DNA of 29,324 nucleotides from an uncultured euryarchaeote (GCA_937899865.1 CALBRH010000003.1:1-29324); one strand, 5' to 3'. Shown: positions 14,281 to 24,652, numbered from the stretch's first letter. Program-made: numbers and translations. Notes: a model not told the origin generated them from the sequence alone.

Positions 14281-16944
14281 ATGGCGACCGTTGACACCTT
14301 CAACTCCAAACGGGAACTTTCCGTTGGAGGGCATTATTTTTCTATTTCCGGTTTAGATGAGAATGGTATTGACACATCGCATTTACCATATTCAATTAGG
14401 ATTCTTTTAGAGGGCGCTCTAAGAGGCAATGATGGTTTTTTAGTAACCGAACAAGATGTTCGAAATATTGCAGGATGGCAAGCCAATGGTGAGCGTGGCG
14501 AGATTCCTTTTAGACCATCAAGAGTTATTCTACAGGACTTTACTGGAGTGCCAGCAGTGGTTGATTTAGCTGCTTTAAGAGATGCAATGGTCGAAATGGG
14601 TGGGGATGCAGAAAAAGTAAATCCACAGGTTCCAGTGGATTTAGTAATCGACCATTCTGTTCAAGTGGATGTGTCTGGAGCATTTCAAAATGCTCTGGAT
14701 ATGAATTTAGACATTGAATATGAAAGAAATATGGAGCGATATACCTTCTTGAAATGGGGTCAGAAATCTCTCAAAGATTTCCAAGTAGTTCCACCTTCTA
14801 GAGGGATTGTTCACCAAGTAAATTTGGAATTTTTAGCAAGTGTTGCTAGGCAGGAAGATGGCGTATGGTTAGCCGATACTTTGGTTGGAACTGATTCACA
14901 CACTACTATGATCAATGGACTTGGTGTTCTTGGTTGGGGTGTTGGTGGAATTGAAGCGGAAGCAGTTATGCTTGGCCAACCGATTTACATGTTAGCGCCA
15001 GATGTTGTTGGTGTTAGATTAACAGGTAAGTTACAACCAGGAGTTACGGCTACTGATATGACGTTGAGAATAGTTGAGATGCTAAGAGAACACGGCGTAG
15101 TTGGTAAATTTGTTGAATTCTTTGGCACTGGAATGGCTGCATTGACTTTGGCAGACCGAGCCACAATTGCTAACATGGCGCCAGAATATGGTGCTACTTG
15201 CGGATTTTTCCCAGTAGATGATAGGACTCTTGAGTATATGCGCCTTACCGGTCGGGATGAATCTGCTATTGCAGGCGTTGAAGAATACTGTAAAGCACAA
15301 GGATTGTGGTATGATATTTCCTCTGCTGAAAAATCGTACACATCATTACTTGAATTAGATTTGAACACAATCCAACCCGCTCTTGCAGGTCCTAAGCGAC
15401 CTCAAGACAGAGTTGACCTTGCTGATATGAAGAATCATTTCATAGAATCATTGACTGCAGAATTAGGCCATCAAGGTCATGGCTTAAGCGAGGAAGACTT
15501 GTCTAATAGTGCAATAGTTGAACTTGAGGGGGAAAAATTTGATCTAAATCATGGAGATGTAGTTATAGCTGCAATAACCTCCTGTACCAACACATCTAAC
15601 CCCGGAGTAATGCTTGCTGCTGGGCTCTTAGCACGCAATGCAAGAAAGCGAGGATTGACGGTAAAACCATGGGTAAAAACTTCTCTTGCGCCGGGAAGCA
15701 GAGTAGTAACTGAGTATTATGAAGCCACAGGCTTACAAGAGGAGCTCAACAATATGGGATTCAATGTAGTTGGATATGGATGTACAACATGTATTGGCAA
15801 CTCAGGCCCATTGCCAGAGGAAATTGATAATGCAATAGAGGAATCTGGATTGATAGTTGGTTCAGTAATATCAGGAAATAGAAACTTCGAAGGTAGAGTG
15901 CATAGTAAAGTCAAGGCCTCATACTTGGCCAGCCCCCCTCTAGTTGTTGCATATGCAATTGCTGGAAATTTGGAAATAGATTTGAACACCGAACCACTTG
16001 GTTACTCGAGCGATGGGACTCCAGTAATGCTCTCTGAAGTTTGGCCTTCCGAAGATGAATTAGCTGTTGCTCTGTCAAAAATCACTCCAGATATGTTTAG
16101 ACAACGTTATGCAGATGCAATGAACGAGCCACGATGGGACTCAATTCCTGCAGATTCAAGTCCACTATATCCTTGGGATGATGAGTCTACTTACATTAGA
16201 CTGCCAACCTTCTTTTCAGGTTTGAGTGCTCAGCCAGAACCAATTGCTTCAATCGAACAAGCAAAGGTCTTGTTGAAGTTAGGAGATTCAATTACTACCG
16301 ATCACATTTCACCTGCTGGTTCGTTCCCTAAGAGTGGTCCAGCTGGTCAATGGCTAATCGAGCGAGGGGTTGAGAAACGTAGTTTCAACTCATTTGGTAG
16401 CAGACGTGGTAATCATGAAATTATGATGAGAGGTACATTTGCCAATGTTAGAATTAGAAATCAAATGGCACCAGGTACCGAAGGTGGTTTTGCTCAACAT
16501 CCCGAAACAGGTGAAATTGTTTCAGTATTCGATGCTGCTAATGCATATTCAGGCGCTAAGGTAGTTCTTGCAGGCTCTCAATATGGCACAGGATCTTCAA
16601 GAGATTGGGCTGCAAAAGGAACCTATTTATTAGGGGTAAAGGCTGTCATTGCCACTTCTTTTGAGCGAATTCATCGTTCCAATTTGGTTGGAATGGGAGT
16701 CTTACCCTTGACATTCAAATCTGGAGAATCTCACGAATCATTAGGACTTGATGGTAATGAAACTTACAACATACCGATTACTGATGATGTCAAACCATTG
16801 CAAATGTTGACAGTTTCTGCAACAAGACCAGATGGGACAATTGTTGAATTCGAAGCACAGGTTAGACTTGATACGCCTGTTGAAGTCGAGTATTATCGTA
16901 ATGGTGGTATTTTACATACAGTACTTAGACAACTAGCAAAATAA
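14281..16944 (+). CDS. acnA: Aconitate hydratase A
   Basis: Motifs QDFTGVPAVVDLAA, DHSVQVD, GIVHQVNLE, GTDSHT, SCTNTSNP, GCTTCIGNSG (Fe-S Cys), SGNRNFEGR, TTDHISPAG and GSSRDWAAKG. Confidence 0.96.
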   Translation: MATVDTFNSKRELSVGGHYFSISGLDENGIDTSHLPYSIRILLEGALRGNDGFLVTEQDVRNIAGWQANGERGEIPFRPSRVILQDFTGVPAVVDLAALRDAMVEMGGDAEKVNPQVPVDLVIDHSVQVDVSGAFQNALDMNLDIEYERNMERYTFLKWGQKSLKDFQVVPPSRGIVHQVNLEFLASVARQEDGVWLADTLVGTDSHTTMINGLGVLGWGVGGIEAEAVMLGQPIYMLAPDVVGVRLTGKLQPGVTATDMTLRIVEMLREHGVVGKFVEFFGTGMAALTLADRATIANMAPEYGATCGFFPVDDRTLEYMRLTGRDESAIAGVEEYCKAQGLWYDISSAEKSYTSLLELDLNTIQPALAGPKRPQDRVDLADMKNHFIESLTAELGHQGHGLSEEDLSNSAIVELEGEKFDLNHGDVVIAAITSCTNTSNPGVMLAAGLLARNARKRGLTVKPWVKTSLAPGSRVVTEYYEATGLQEELNNMGFNVVGYGCTTCIGNSGPLPEEIDNAIEESGLIVGSVISGNRNFEGRVHSKVKASYLASPPLVVAYAIAGNLEIDLNTEPLGYSSDGTPVMLSEVWPSEDELAVALSKITPDMFRQRYADAMNEPRWDSIPADSSPLYPWDDESTYIRLPTFFSGLSAQPEPIASIEQAKVLLKLGDSITTDHISPAGSFPKSGPAGQWLIERGVEKRSFNSFGSRRGNHEIMMRGTFANVRIRNQMAPGTEGGFAQHPETGEIVSVFDAANAYSGAKVVLAGSQYGTGSSRDWAAKGTYLLGVKAVIATSFERIHRSNLVGMGVLPLTFKSGESHESLGLDGNETYNIPITDDVKPLQMLTVSATRPDGTIVEFEAQVRLDTPVEVEYYRNGGILHTVLRQLAK

Positions 16945-16982
16945 AGCGTCATCTTGAAGATGAGACGGTACGAGGATTTCAC

Positions 16983-17657
16983 ATGGCGGAACTCAGCGGG
17001 TTTGTTCAATATCGTTTTCGTTCTGACGAAAATGATGCGGATATACTTCTACGAGGCGATGCAGATTGGGTTCGCAGCAAAGTTGCAGAGTTAGGTCTTG
17101 AGGGCGTTGGGTGGATGATGCCAATTGGGCAGGAAGCAAGAGCAACCAATACTTCTGGAATAAAATCAACCTCGAAATCCAAAGCCGATATAGAAATTGA
17201 CGATCAGCCATTAGGCGATAAACCATTAGACATGGGTCCAGAGCCAGACCCTTCGAGAATTCCTGTAGTTAGAAGGCCAATTGGGGAATTGGATTTAAGC
17301 GGCGAACTAAGAGCACTTGGATTGGATAATTTGACCAAACCAGACCCAATAGAATTAATGGATATGTTTGCTGAACTGGATGAACCTTTACCGGTACAAG
17401 GTACCATGAGTGTAGATCCTATGGCAGAAGCATGGTTAAGGGAATTGATGAATATCGTAGTTCGTGATTACGGATTTACTGCATTAAAAACGAGTGATAT
17501 CGAAGAAATTGCCAGCAAAAAATTAGGTAACCGTGAAGGTACAGTATTGGAGGTATGGCTAGAATCATTATTTTCTGCTGGAAAGTTAGTCAAAGTCCAC
17601 GGTGGAGATACTATCGGTTGGGGGCCTTCTCCTCGCTGGTTATCCGGTAAAGTCTGA
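16983..17657 (+). CDS. Hypothetical soluble protein (possible C-terminal winged helix)
   Basis: 224-aa ORF 38 nt after acnA, with a GAGG SD-like element upstream. No family recognised. Confidence 0.7.
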   Translation: MAELSGFVQYRFRSDENDADILLRGDADWVRSKVAELGLEGVGWMMPIGQEARATNTSGIKSTSKSKADIEIDDQPLGDKPLDMGPEPDPSRIPVVRRPIGELDLSGELRALGLDNLTKPDPIELMDMFAELDEPLPVQGTMSVDPMAEAWLRELMNIVVRDYGFTALKTSDIEEIASKKLGNREGTVLEVWLESLFSAGKLVKVHGGDTIGWGPSPRWLSGKV

Positions 17658-17773
17658 TAATAAATATCAAGATTTAACAAATCTTAATTTCGCTTTACTG
17701 TTAAGCATGTGGATTGTAAAACTAAGGACAAAATTCCAAAGCAATTAAAGTGGTAGTTATTGTGGCATAACAA

Positions 17774-20700
17774 GTGATGATGATGTTTTCCCAAGACAAT
17801 CTCTTCAAAGCCCGCGCAAGAAGTATCTTACTTTGTATGCTGATGGTACTTTCAACTACCGCAGCATTAGCAACTACAGCAAGTGCTTCCCAAGCAAGAA
17901 CTTACACCACAAACCGTGACCCGCATGATGTTGCAATCGGTGATTTCAATTGTGATGGTCACAATGATATTGCCGTAGCTACCGATGGTACACATACCAT
18001 TTCGGTGTTATGGAATGATGGAAATGGTGATTTTTCCGAACGACAGGACATTTGGGTTTCTGCAAATCAAGATAGGGATGCAGATTGGGATGAATTTTCC
18101 AATGTACAATTCATTGAGGTCGGCGAATTCACCAATGATGGAGCCATTGACATTGTGATTTTCCAAAGAAATAATCCATTTAAGACCAATGATGATGGAA
18201 CTCCTGCAGGTGAGCCAGGTAACGTAACGATTATCGAAAATGGCGGTTGTAATGAGAAAACATGGTCAGTTGGAGCAAGATTCACTCACTTTTGGGCTTG
18301 GGACCTTGAAGTGTCTGACTTAAACAAAGACGGCAATGATGACGTCATGATCTTAGATTTACAAGCGGATATTACTACTCAAAGAGTTGTAACATACCTT
18401 GGTCCAATAACATCAAACACTCAAGGTATCATTACTAACCTTGGTGCAGCACAGCAAAACACCTACAGGGCATTTGCAGCTGGCGATTGGGGTGAATCTC
18501 AATTTGGCGGCGCAACTGGCGGTGGGACTACATGCTTTGATAATGACATGTGGTTACTCCGAAGTGAGGGACTTGACTATGCAACAGGGCAAGTAACAAA
18601 CCCCGGTAAAGATGACAACGTTTCAATCGTTGAATTCAACTGTCAAACAAACTCCTTCCCGTTAACATATACGTTTAGTACAACTCCAACAAGTACTTCA
18701 GAGCACGTAATTAATATGGATACGCCTACATCTCAAGATCTTGATGTTGCCGATATTGACGGTGATGGTGTTGCTGATGTATTAGCATTAAATGATGAGA
18801 ACATAGTCAATGTAACTTATGTGACCTCAAGCACGTCAGGAAGTTGGTCAACTCCACAGACTGCATATTTCGGACCTTATATCTCTTGGACTATTACAAT
18901 TGCAGATTTGAATGGAGACCTCGAACCAGACTTTATCAACCCAACTATTGCTTATCAGCAGAATTCTACCGACTCTGCTGGTGGAACATCTTCTAATTTC
19001 TTCCTAAATTATCCTACTTCGATTCAAGTTACTCTTTCAGATGGCAATGGTGGCCACTTGAGCCCGCTATCTTACGCAGCAGGACGTAGGCCACACACCG
19101 CAGAAGTAGGGCAACTTGCTGGAGGTAGCAACTCCGCACCCGACATTGTTGTGGCGCACAAGAACTGGCGATTCGGAGGTTGGAGAGACAACTTCGGCTG
19201 GGATGGTCAATATGATACAATTACAGTAATTGAAATGGATAATCAAGATTTATCAGTTTCTGGAATTGAAATTTCTCCAGTTGACCGTTATGTAGGAGCA
19301 GTTGGTGAAGGTTCAAGGGAATTGAATGTAACAATTACTAACACAGGTATGGATGTACTCAACGGTCAAAGTGCGACATTAGATGTAGAACTAAAGATTG
19401 TTGACGAAGTAAATTCGACAAACCAAACTGTATATGCCAATGATTGGGATAGTCCAGAAGACCTTGGAGTATGTGGTTCTGGGTGTACTTGGGAATTCAT
19501 TGATTATGTCGAAGCAGGTACTCACCATTGGCAAGAGCAAACTACACCATCATCCGGTTCAGGAACAGATCCAGATGAATCTCAGGCAGATTATTCTGCA
19601 AATTATCTTAACCCAACTCATTTTATGTGGGCAGGTGAAACTGTAACAAATAGCACTGGTGGGGAATGGACAGGTTATGGTAAAAACTGGGATGAAGCAA
19701 TGGTTCTACGCGATGTAGACTTAACAGGTTCAGATCGTGCTTTCATGAGTGTAGAGTTATTCCGTGACTTAGGATTCGGTGCACTCGGTAGTGCTGATAC
19801 CAATGGATTCGTTGTTGGAGATGTTTGGGATGACCTTGCAATGATTGAGGTTGGTAGTGAAGAGACTGGATGGTCGATAATCAATTGTCCAGTGTCCGCA
19901 TATATCTCTGGTGCTTGCTACTCCGGTCAATCGATTTGGGGTGGGTTTGACCTTGATAGAGCCTACAAAGAGAATGTTATCGGAGGGTATGCAGAAGGTT
20001 TGTATTACTACGGAATTTATTCTTTCAACACATTTTACGCATGGAATAACTTCACCGATGAGGGGCTTGGTACTTTTGATTTGAGTCCTTGGGCAGGAGA
20101 GACCATCGATTTGAGATTTAGATTTAGGACTGGTTTTGAAGGTTCAGTTGCTGATGCAAATGAGTCAAGGTGGACTGGTAATGATGGATTTGGTGTCGAC
20201 AATCTAACAATTACCAAGCAAAACACTGCTTTCTTCCCGAATGTGCAAAACCAACAAACTCAGATTAACCTGAATAATCTTGGACCTGGTCAGGAATATG
20301 TTGCTACATTGCAGGCGAATTTTGTCAATGATACAACATATAGAATTTCAGCTACGTTATCTAATAACGCTTGGGACGAGCAATCTCTCAACGACGAAAT
20401 TGTTGGTTATGTGACGCCTTTCAATTTATTTGATCCAGCTCTTGAGAGGATTGAAAATTTCTCACCAGGTGGTTTGTATGCTCAAGGAACCTATCCAATT
20501 ACAGCAACGACCAATAATTGGGGCAACACATTTGTTGATTTTGATGTTTCAGCGACCGTTTTCACGGCAGACCCTTCAAGAATTAAGTGTGGCGACCCTT
20601 CTACAGATTGTATCATTACCTTTGACAATTCGACCGACGGAACAAGATATACTGAAAGCAATAATCCTAAGGGCGCACTTTACAATGATACCATATTGTG

Positions 20701-23700
20701 TCCTTCTGATTTAACATTCAATAATGAAGCGTACTGGTTTGGGCACCCGTGCTTATCACAAACTGGAACTCTTGGCTATGGTGATGCATGGCAAAATGAA
20801 ACAATTTCGATTATTGATATCGATTTAACCTCATTGTCAGGCGACTTCGTTTCGCTATCCTTTGAGTATTTTGCCGATACATTCTATGAAGTTGATTCCC
20901 AAGGTAATATTGAGCCAAGTGATTACATGGCTTTAACTGCTGACTTTAAGAAAGATACTAGAGATTTTTCAGCGATTATCTACGGTCAATGGAATGATTA
21001 CAATGAAGATGGAACCTGTCAGATAGATGAAGATGGTAACGGTATTGTAAATGAAACAAACCCATTTGACTTCGATGAGATTGAATACATTGGCGATCCA
21101 AGAACTACTGATGGATTAGGACAACCATGGAACGTTTTCTTTAATTCAGATGGATTAGTTAAGACAACAAACCTTGACTTGACTCACTTGTATGTTTTGA
21201 ACACTTCATCTGCAGATTCTGCAGACTGGGATGAAGAATGTATGAGTTTAGAAGATTCTGAGGTGGAATTATTCTTTGATTTCTTTTCAGATGATGATGG
21301 TAGAAACGGAATTAATGATGGATTTAGAGGTGTTGGAATAAATAACATCACGCTAAAGGAATTCACTTTCGTAGAAGAGGCAAAATATACGATTAGCAGA
21401 ACCTCTGTTGATGCAGAAGATGTTTCAACAGATCTAATTGCCGAACACGATTTCCTTTCTGGCGAAGACGGCAAGACCTACATGATTGAGGTTGAAACTA
21501 TCTTCGACAATACTACTTTAGGGACAAACTGGTATGGTGCTGAAGAACTATCAACAGCTAACAACATTAAGCGAGTAATTTTCGATGTTGAGTCCGTTGA
21601 TATCAAGCTTAGCCAACCTAACAAATTAGCCTGTCTTGAGGAAGTTAGGCTTAATTGTGTTTTACCAATCGATAGTTCTCTTACCCACAATTGGGACATT
21701 TCGGCAACCAATGGTGTACTTGAAGGAGATTATATCTTCTACATGAATATCTTTGATCAGACAACTAATTCCCTTGCTCACACATCTAATGCTGGGCCAG
21801 CTCAATCATTGGTAAGCGGTCAAAGAGTTGACTTATCGTTCACACCTTGGGCCGGTTATCAAGATGGACATACCTACAACATTAGTTACCATGCAGAATT
21901 AGATGATGGTACACCTTCTGGTGATGTGAGAACCTTCTTTGCAACCTTTGCAGATGAAGTCGATATTGCAATTCTATCAGACAAGACATCTGGTACTTCA
22001 GCAATAATCGAAGACTTGGCAATAATGGGTAAATCATATACTCAATTTACTATGAATGATTGGAATACTTATTTCAAGACAAACTGGTTCACTAATTACG
22101 ATAAGATAATTCTGCCATGGCAGGATTTCAATACTGCTAAAGATGATGGTGGCGCATATTACAAGACTTTATCTGAAACTGTAAACAATGTGAACAGAAA
22201 GCAAGTATTGGTCAATTTCATGAGTAGTGGAGGTACTATCCAGGCGCACCTTGCGCCTCACGGCACACAGACTTACGGTTTGGGTACAAGTCTTGAACCA
22301 CGTCTTCCACTTGGCTTAGAGATTACAGACAAGACCAATGGTGCTGAAATCAACTATGCTGATATTGAGGTTTACGATCCATTCCACCCAATACTGAAAA
22401 ATATCAATGTAAGCGCTTTTGATGCATACACTCCAGTTGCGTCATCTGCTCTAGACATAGGTAGCGAAGCAACAGGAGATGTACCAAAGATTTGCTCGGG
22501 TAACCAGAATGTTGCTAAATTCCAATCAATTATCCATGATGGAACCGATACTGATGATGTATTACTTGGAATTTGTAGTTATGGATCTGGTGGAATGATT
22601 ATTTCAACCATGAATGTTGAAAACAATTCAGGGGATGCTAATAGTGAAGAATTTGCTCTACGAAAGAATATGCTCGAATATCAAGTAGATGATTATCCAA
22701 ATCCATTTGGAGAAATGCGTGATGGAACCGATATTCTCATCAATGGAGATGTTCCTGCTCCTGCACTTGGTGCAGGATATGCGACATATTACATGAAGAG
22801 CAACGCTGAGATTACCTTTAGCTACCAATCCGATGCACAGGTTGATTTGATAACCGATTGGTTAATTTCAGGTCCTACATCTTGGGATTTGTCAACTTTG
22901 GGTCCTGATCAAGTTGATCACTATGTGTCACCGTTATTTGAAACATCAACCACACCGACTATGACTTTCTGTAAATCAATAGGTACTCAAGACCTATGTA
23001 AGCAAGAGGAACAGTGGACAGTCACTTTGTGGTTACATGATGACAATGGTCATTCGAGAAAGTTGCAAATTACCTTAGAAACCAATGATGCTAATGCTGA
23101 CGCGGAACCGCCAAATGCTGATGCATTTGTGGTAATCAAGGATTCTTATGCTGACAACATCAAACTTGTAGGCACATGTTCTATTCAAGATAATTATCCG
23201 AAATATGAAATCATACTTGATGAATTTGGACAAATTCCTATTGAATTCAATGCCAGTAATTCAAGTGATCCTGATGCATTGGAAGGTTCCGGAATCGAGC
23301 GTTATGAATGGGAAGTAACGTTTGATAAGCCTTGGGATGACCCAATCAGTCTTAATGCTAACACAGAAATCAAATATGAGGCAAGTCAAGGCATTTGGAC
23401 ATATACCTTTGGAGGAAATGGTGTTGATGAAAATGGCGAATCCTATGCCGGTAGAAACCTAACCTTTAACCCACAGACAGAGGCACCAATACAGCCAATA
23501 AAGGTCAAGTTAACAGTCTATGATAAGTCAGGAAAGTGGGATGATGATATGGAATTCTGTTTCGATGTTAAGCCACAAGGTTTCGGAGACGAACCACCAC
23601 AAATTGATTATACAAATTGGGGCGATAGAGTAGGTTATACAGATTCGTATTTCAATCTATCAGGATTTGTTGTTTCTGGCTCAGATGAGAAGGATACAGT

Positions 23701-24586
23701 TATTGAAATTACTACCAACGAGTCATTGTTCGATGAACCAGATGCCGTAACCAGAGAAAGAGCAAAGGGTAGTGGAGAACTAGCAGTAACTCCAATCAAT
23801 GGAATAGGGACTGGAGATTCATTTGAGTTAAGTTTGAACATTGACAGTTTCCACTCAAACGTATCAAAAGATGTTGTGATTTATATCCGTGTCTATGAAT
23901 TTGATCCAGCAAGAGATGAGAAGCGATGGGTAGTTGAGCAACAATTGAGTCCACTCGACCCCAATTATGTACAATTATACAGCCCAAATACGATTACTCT
24001 AACATTGCCAATATGTCGTGGAGTTGATGTGCCTGCTGAAGTTGAATTAAATGATCCAACAGGCCGCTGGGTTTTCGTTTCTGGTGAATGTGAGTGGGAG
24101 GGAGATTATTCCTTAGTTGATGGAGAATGGATTGCTCCTAATATCGATGAAGGTGGAGATGGTGCACAATCAAGTACCAACATCATGTTTATCGGTATTG
24201 GTGCATTAGCTCTAATAATAATTGTAATTCTAACTTTACTATTCTTGAGAAAGAGTGGTTCTGAAGGTATGGACGGAGATTACAAGGACTTCAATCTAGC
24301 AGGTGCTATACAACAAGATCCAGTCGAGCAATATGTGCAACAACTAATCGCTCAAGGATATCCAGAGGCTACAGCACGGACTTATGCTCAACAGTATGCT
24401 GCTCAAGCAGGCTTAGGCAGTGGTGCAGCAGGCGGTGCGCAAGCGGCAGCACCTGCAACAAATCCTGCGATGGAAGCGGCATATCAGCAATACTATCAAC
24501 AGTTTATTGCTCAAGGTTATGATGCTCAAACTGCAGCAGCATATGCCCAACAATATGCAGCGCAATATGTTCAGCAACAACGATAG
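17774..24586 (+). CDS. Giant single-pass cell-surface protein: FG-GAP beta-propeller, CARDB/Ig-like, jelly-roll, PKD-like domains, TM and Gln/Ala/Tyr-rich tail
   Basis: Signal peptide, then FG-GAP-like motifs (GDFNCDGHNDIAV, DLNKDGNDDV, DIDGDGVADV, DLNGDLEPD), CARDB-like VTITNTG, DLSPWAGETIDLRFRF and PKD-like FNASNSSDPD...YEW. TM IMFIGIGALALIIIVILTLLFL is followed by RKS. The exact start among the 17774-17840 Met codons is uncertain. Confidence 0.85.
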   Translation: MMMMFSQDNLFKARARSILLCMLMVLSTTAALATTASASQARTYTTNRDPHDVAIGDFNCDGHNDIAVATDGTHTISVLWNDGNGDFSERQDIWVSANQDRDADWDEFSNVQFIEVGEFTNDGAIDIVIFQRNNPFKTNDDGTPAGEPGNVTIIENGGCNEKTWSVGARFTHFWAWDLEVSDLNKDGNDDVMILDLQADITTQRVVTYLGPITSNTQGIITNLGAAQQNTYRAFAAGDWGESQFGGATGGGTTCFDNDMWLLRSEGLDYATGQVTNPGKDDNVSIVEFNCQTNSFPLTYTFSTTPTSTSEHVINMDTPTSQDLDVADIDGDGVADVLALNDENIVNVTYVTSSTSGSWSTPQTAYFGPYISWTITIADLNGDLEPDFINPTIAYQQNSTDSAGGTSSNFFLNYPTSIQVTLSDGNGGHLSPLSYAAGRRPHTAEVGQLAGGSNSAPDIVVAHKNWRFGGWRDNFGWDGQYDTITVIEMDNQDLSVSGIEISPVDRYVGAVGEGSRELNVTITNTGMDVLNGQSATLDVELKIVDEVNSTNQTVYANDWDSPEDLGVCGSGCTWEFIDYVEAGTHHWQEQTTPSSGSGTDPDESQADYSANYLNPTHFMWAGETVTNSTGGEWTGYGKNWDEAMVLRDVDLTGSDRAFMSVELFRDLGFGALGSADTNGFVVGDVWDDLAMIEVGSEETGWSIINCPVSAYISGACYSGQSIWGGFDLDRAYKENVIGGYAEGLYYYGIYSFNTFYAWNNFTDEGLGTFDLSPWAGETIDLRFRFRTGFEGSVADANESRWTGNDGFGVDNLTITKQNTAFFPNVQNQQTQINLNNLGPGQEYVATLQANFVNDTTYRISATLSNNAWDEQSLNDEIVGYVTPFNLFDPALERIENFSPGGLYAQGTYPITATTNNWGNTFVDFDVSATVFTADPSRIKCGDPSTDCIITFDNSTDGTRYTESNNPKGALYNDTILCPSDLTFNNEAYWFGHPCLSQTGTLGYGDAWQNETISIIDIDLTSLSGDFVSLSFEYFADTFYEVDSQGNIEPSDYMALTADFKKDTRDFSAIIYGQWNDYNEDGTCQIDEDGNGIVNETNPFDFDEIEYIGDPRTTDGLGQPWNVFFNSDGLVKTTNLDLTHLYVLNTSSADSADWDEECMSLEDSEVELFFDFFSDDDGRNGINDGFRGVGINNITLKEFTFVEEAKYTISRTSVDAEDVSTDLIAEHDFLSGEDGKTYMIEVETIFDNTTLGTNWYGAEELSTANNIKRVIFDVESVDIKLSQPNKLACLEEVRLNCVLPIDSSLTHNWDISATNGVLEGDYIFYMNIFDQTTNSLAHTSNAGPAQSLVSGQRVDLSFTPWAGYQDGHTYNISYHAELDDGTPSGDVRTFFATFADEVDIAILSDKTSGTSAIIEDLAIMGKSYTQFTMNDWNTYFKTNWFTNYDKIILPWQDFNTAKDDGGAYYKTLSETVNNVNRKQVLVNFMSSGGTIQAHLAPHGTQTYGLGTSLEPRLPLGLEITDKTNGAEINYADIEVYDPFHPILKNINVSAFDAYTPVASSALDIGSEATGDVPKICSGNQNVAKFQSIIHDGTDTDDVLLGICSYGSGGMIISTMNVENNSGDANSEEFALRKNMLEYQVDDYPNPFGEMRDGTDILINGDVPAPALGAGYATYYMKSNAEITFSYQSDAQVDLITDWLISGPTSWDLSTLGPDQVDHYVSPLFETSTTPTMTFCKSIGTQDLCKQEEQWTVTLWLHDDNGHSRKLQITLETNDANADAEPPNADAFVVIKDSYADNIKLVGTCSIQDNYPKYEIILDEFGQIPIEFNASNSSDPDALEGSGIERYEWEVTFDKPWDDPISLNANTEIKYEASQGIWTYTFGGNGVDENGESYAGRNLTFNPQTEAPIQPIKVKLTVYDKSGKWDDDMEFCFDVKPQGFGDEPPQIDYTNWGDRVGYTDSYFNLSGFVVSGSDEKDTVIEITTNESLFDEPDAVTRERAKGSGELAVTPINGIGTGDSFELSLNIDSFHSNVSKDVVIYIRVYEFDPARDEKRWVVEQQLSPLDPNYVQLYSPNTITLTLPICRGVDVPAEVELNDPTGRWVFVSGECEWEGDYSLVDGEWIAPNIDEGGDGAQSSTNIMFIGIGALALIIIVILTLLFLRKSGSEGMDGDYKDFNLAGAIQQDPVEQYVQQLIAQGYPEATARTYAQQYAAQAGLGSGAAGGAQAAAPATNPAMEAAYQQYYQQFIAQGYDAQTAAAYAQQYAAQYVQQQR

Positions 24587-24652
24587 TGAACCTGTAGAAT
24601 TGTTTGACCTCTAGGTCAATGAGTTCAAAAGTAACCTGTTGTAGGCTTGCCC

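Noticed and set aside
24587-24652. Canonical SAH riboswitch upstream of ahcY
   Set aside because: The conserved GAGGAGCG / GGCGCUC-type elements are not visible and the spacer is short. It is kept only as an unexplained structured element.
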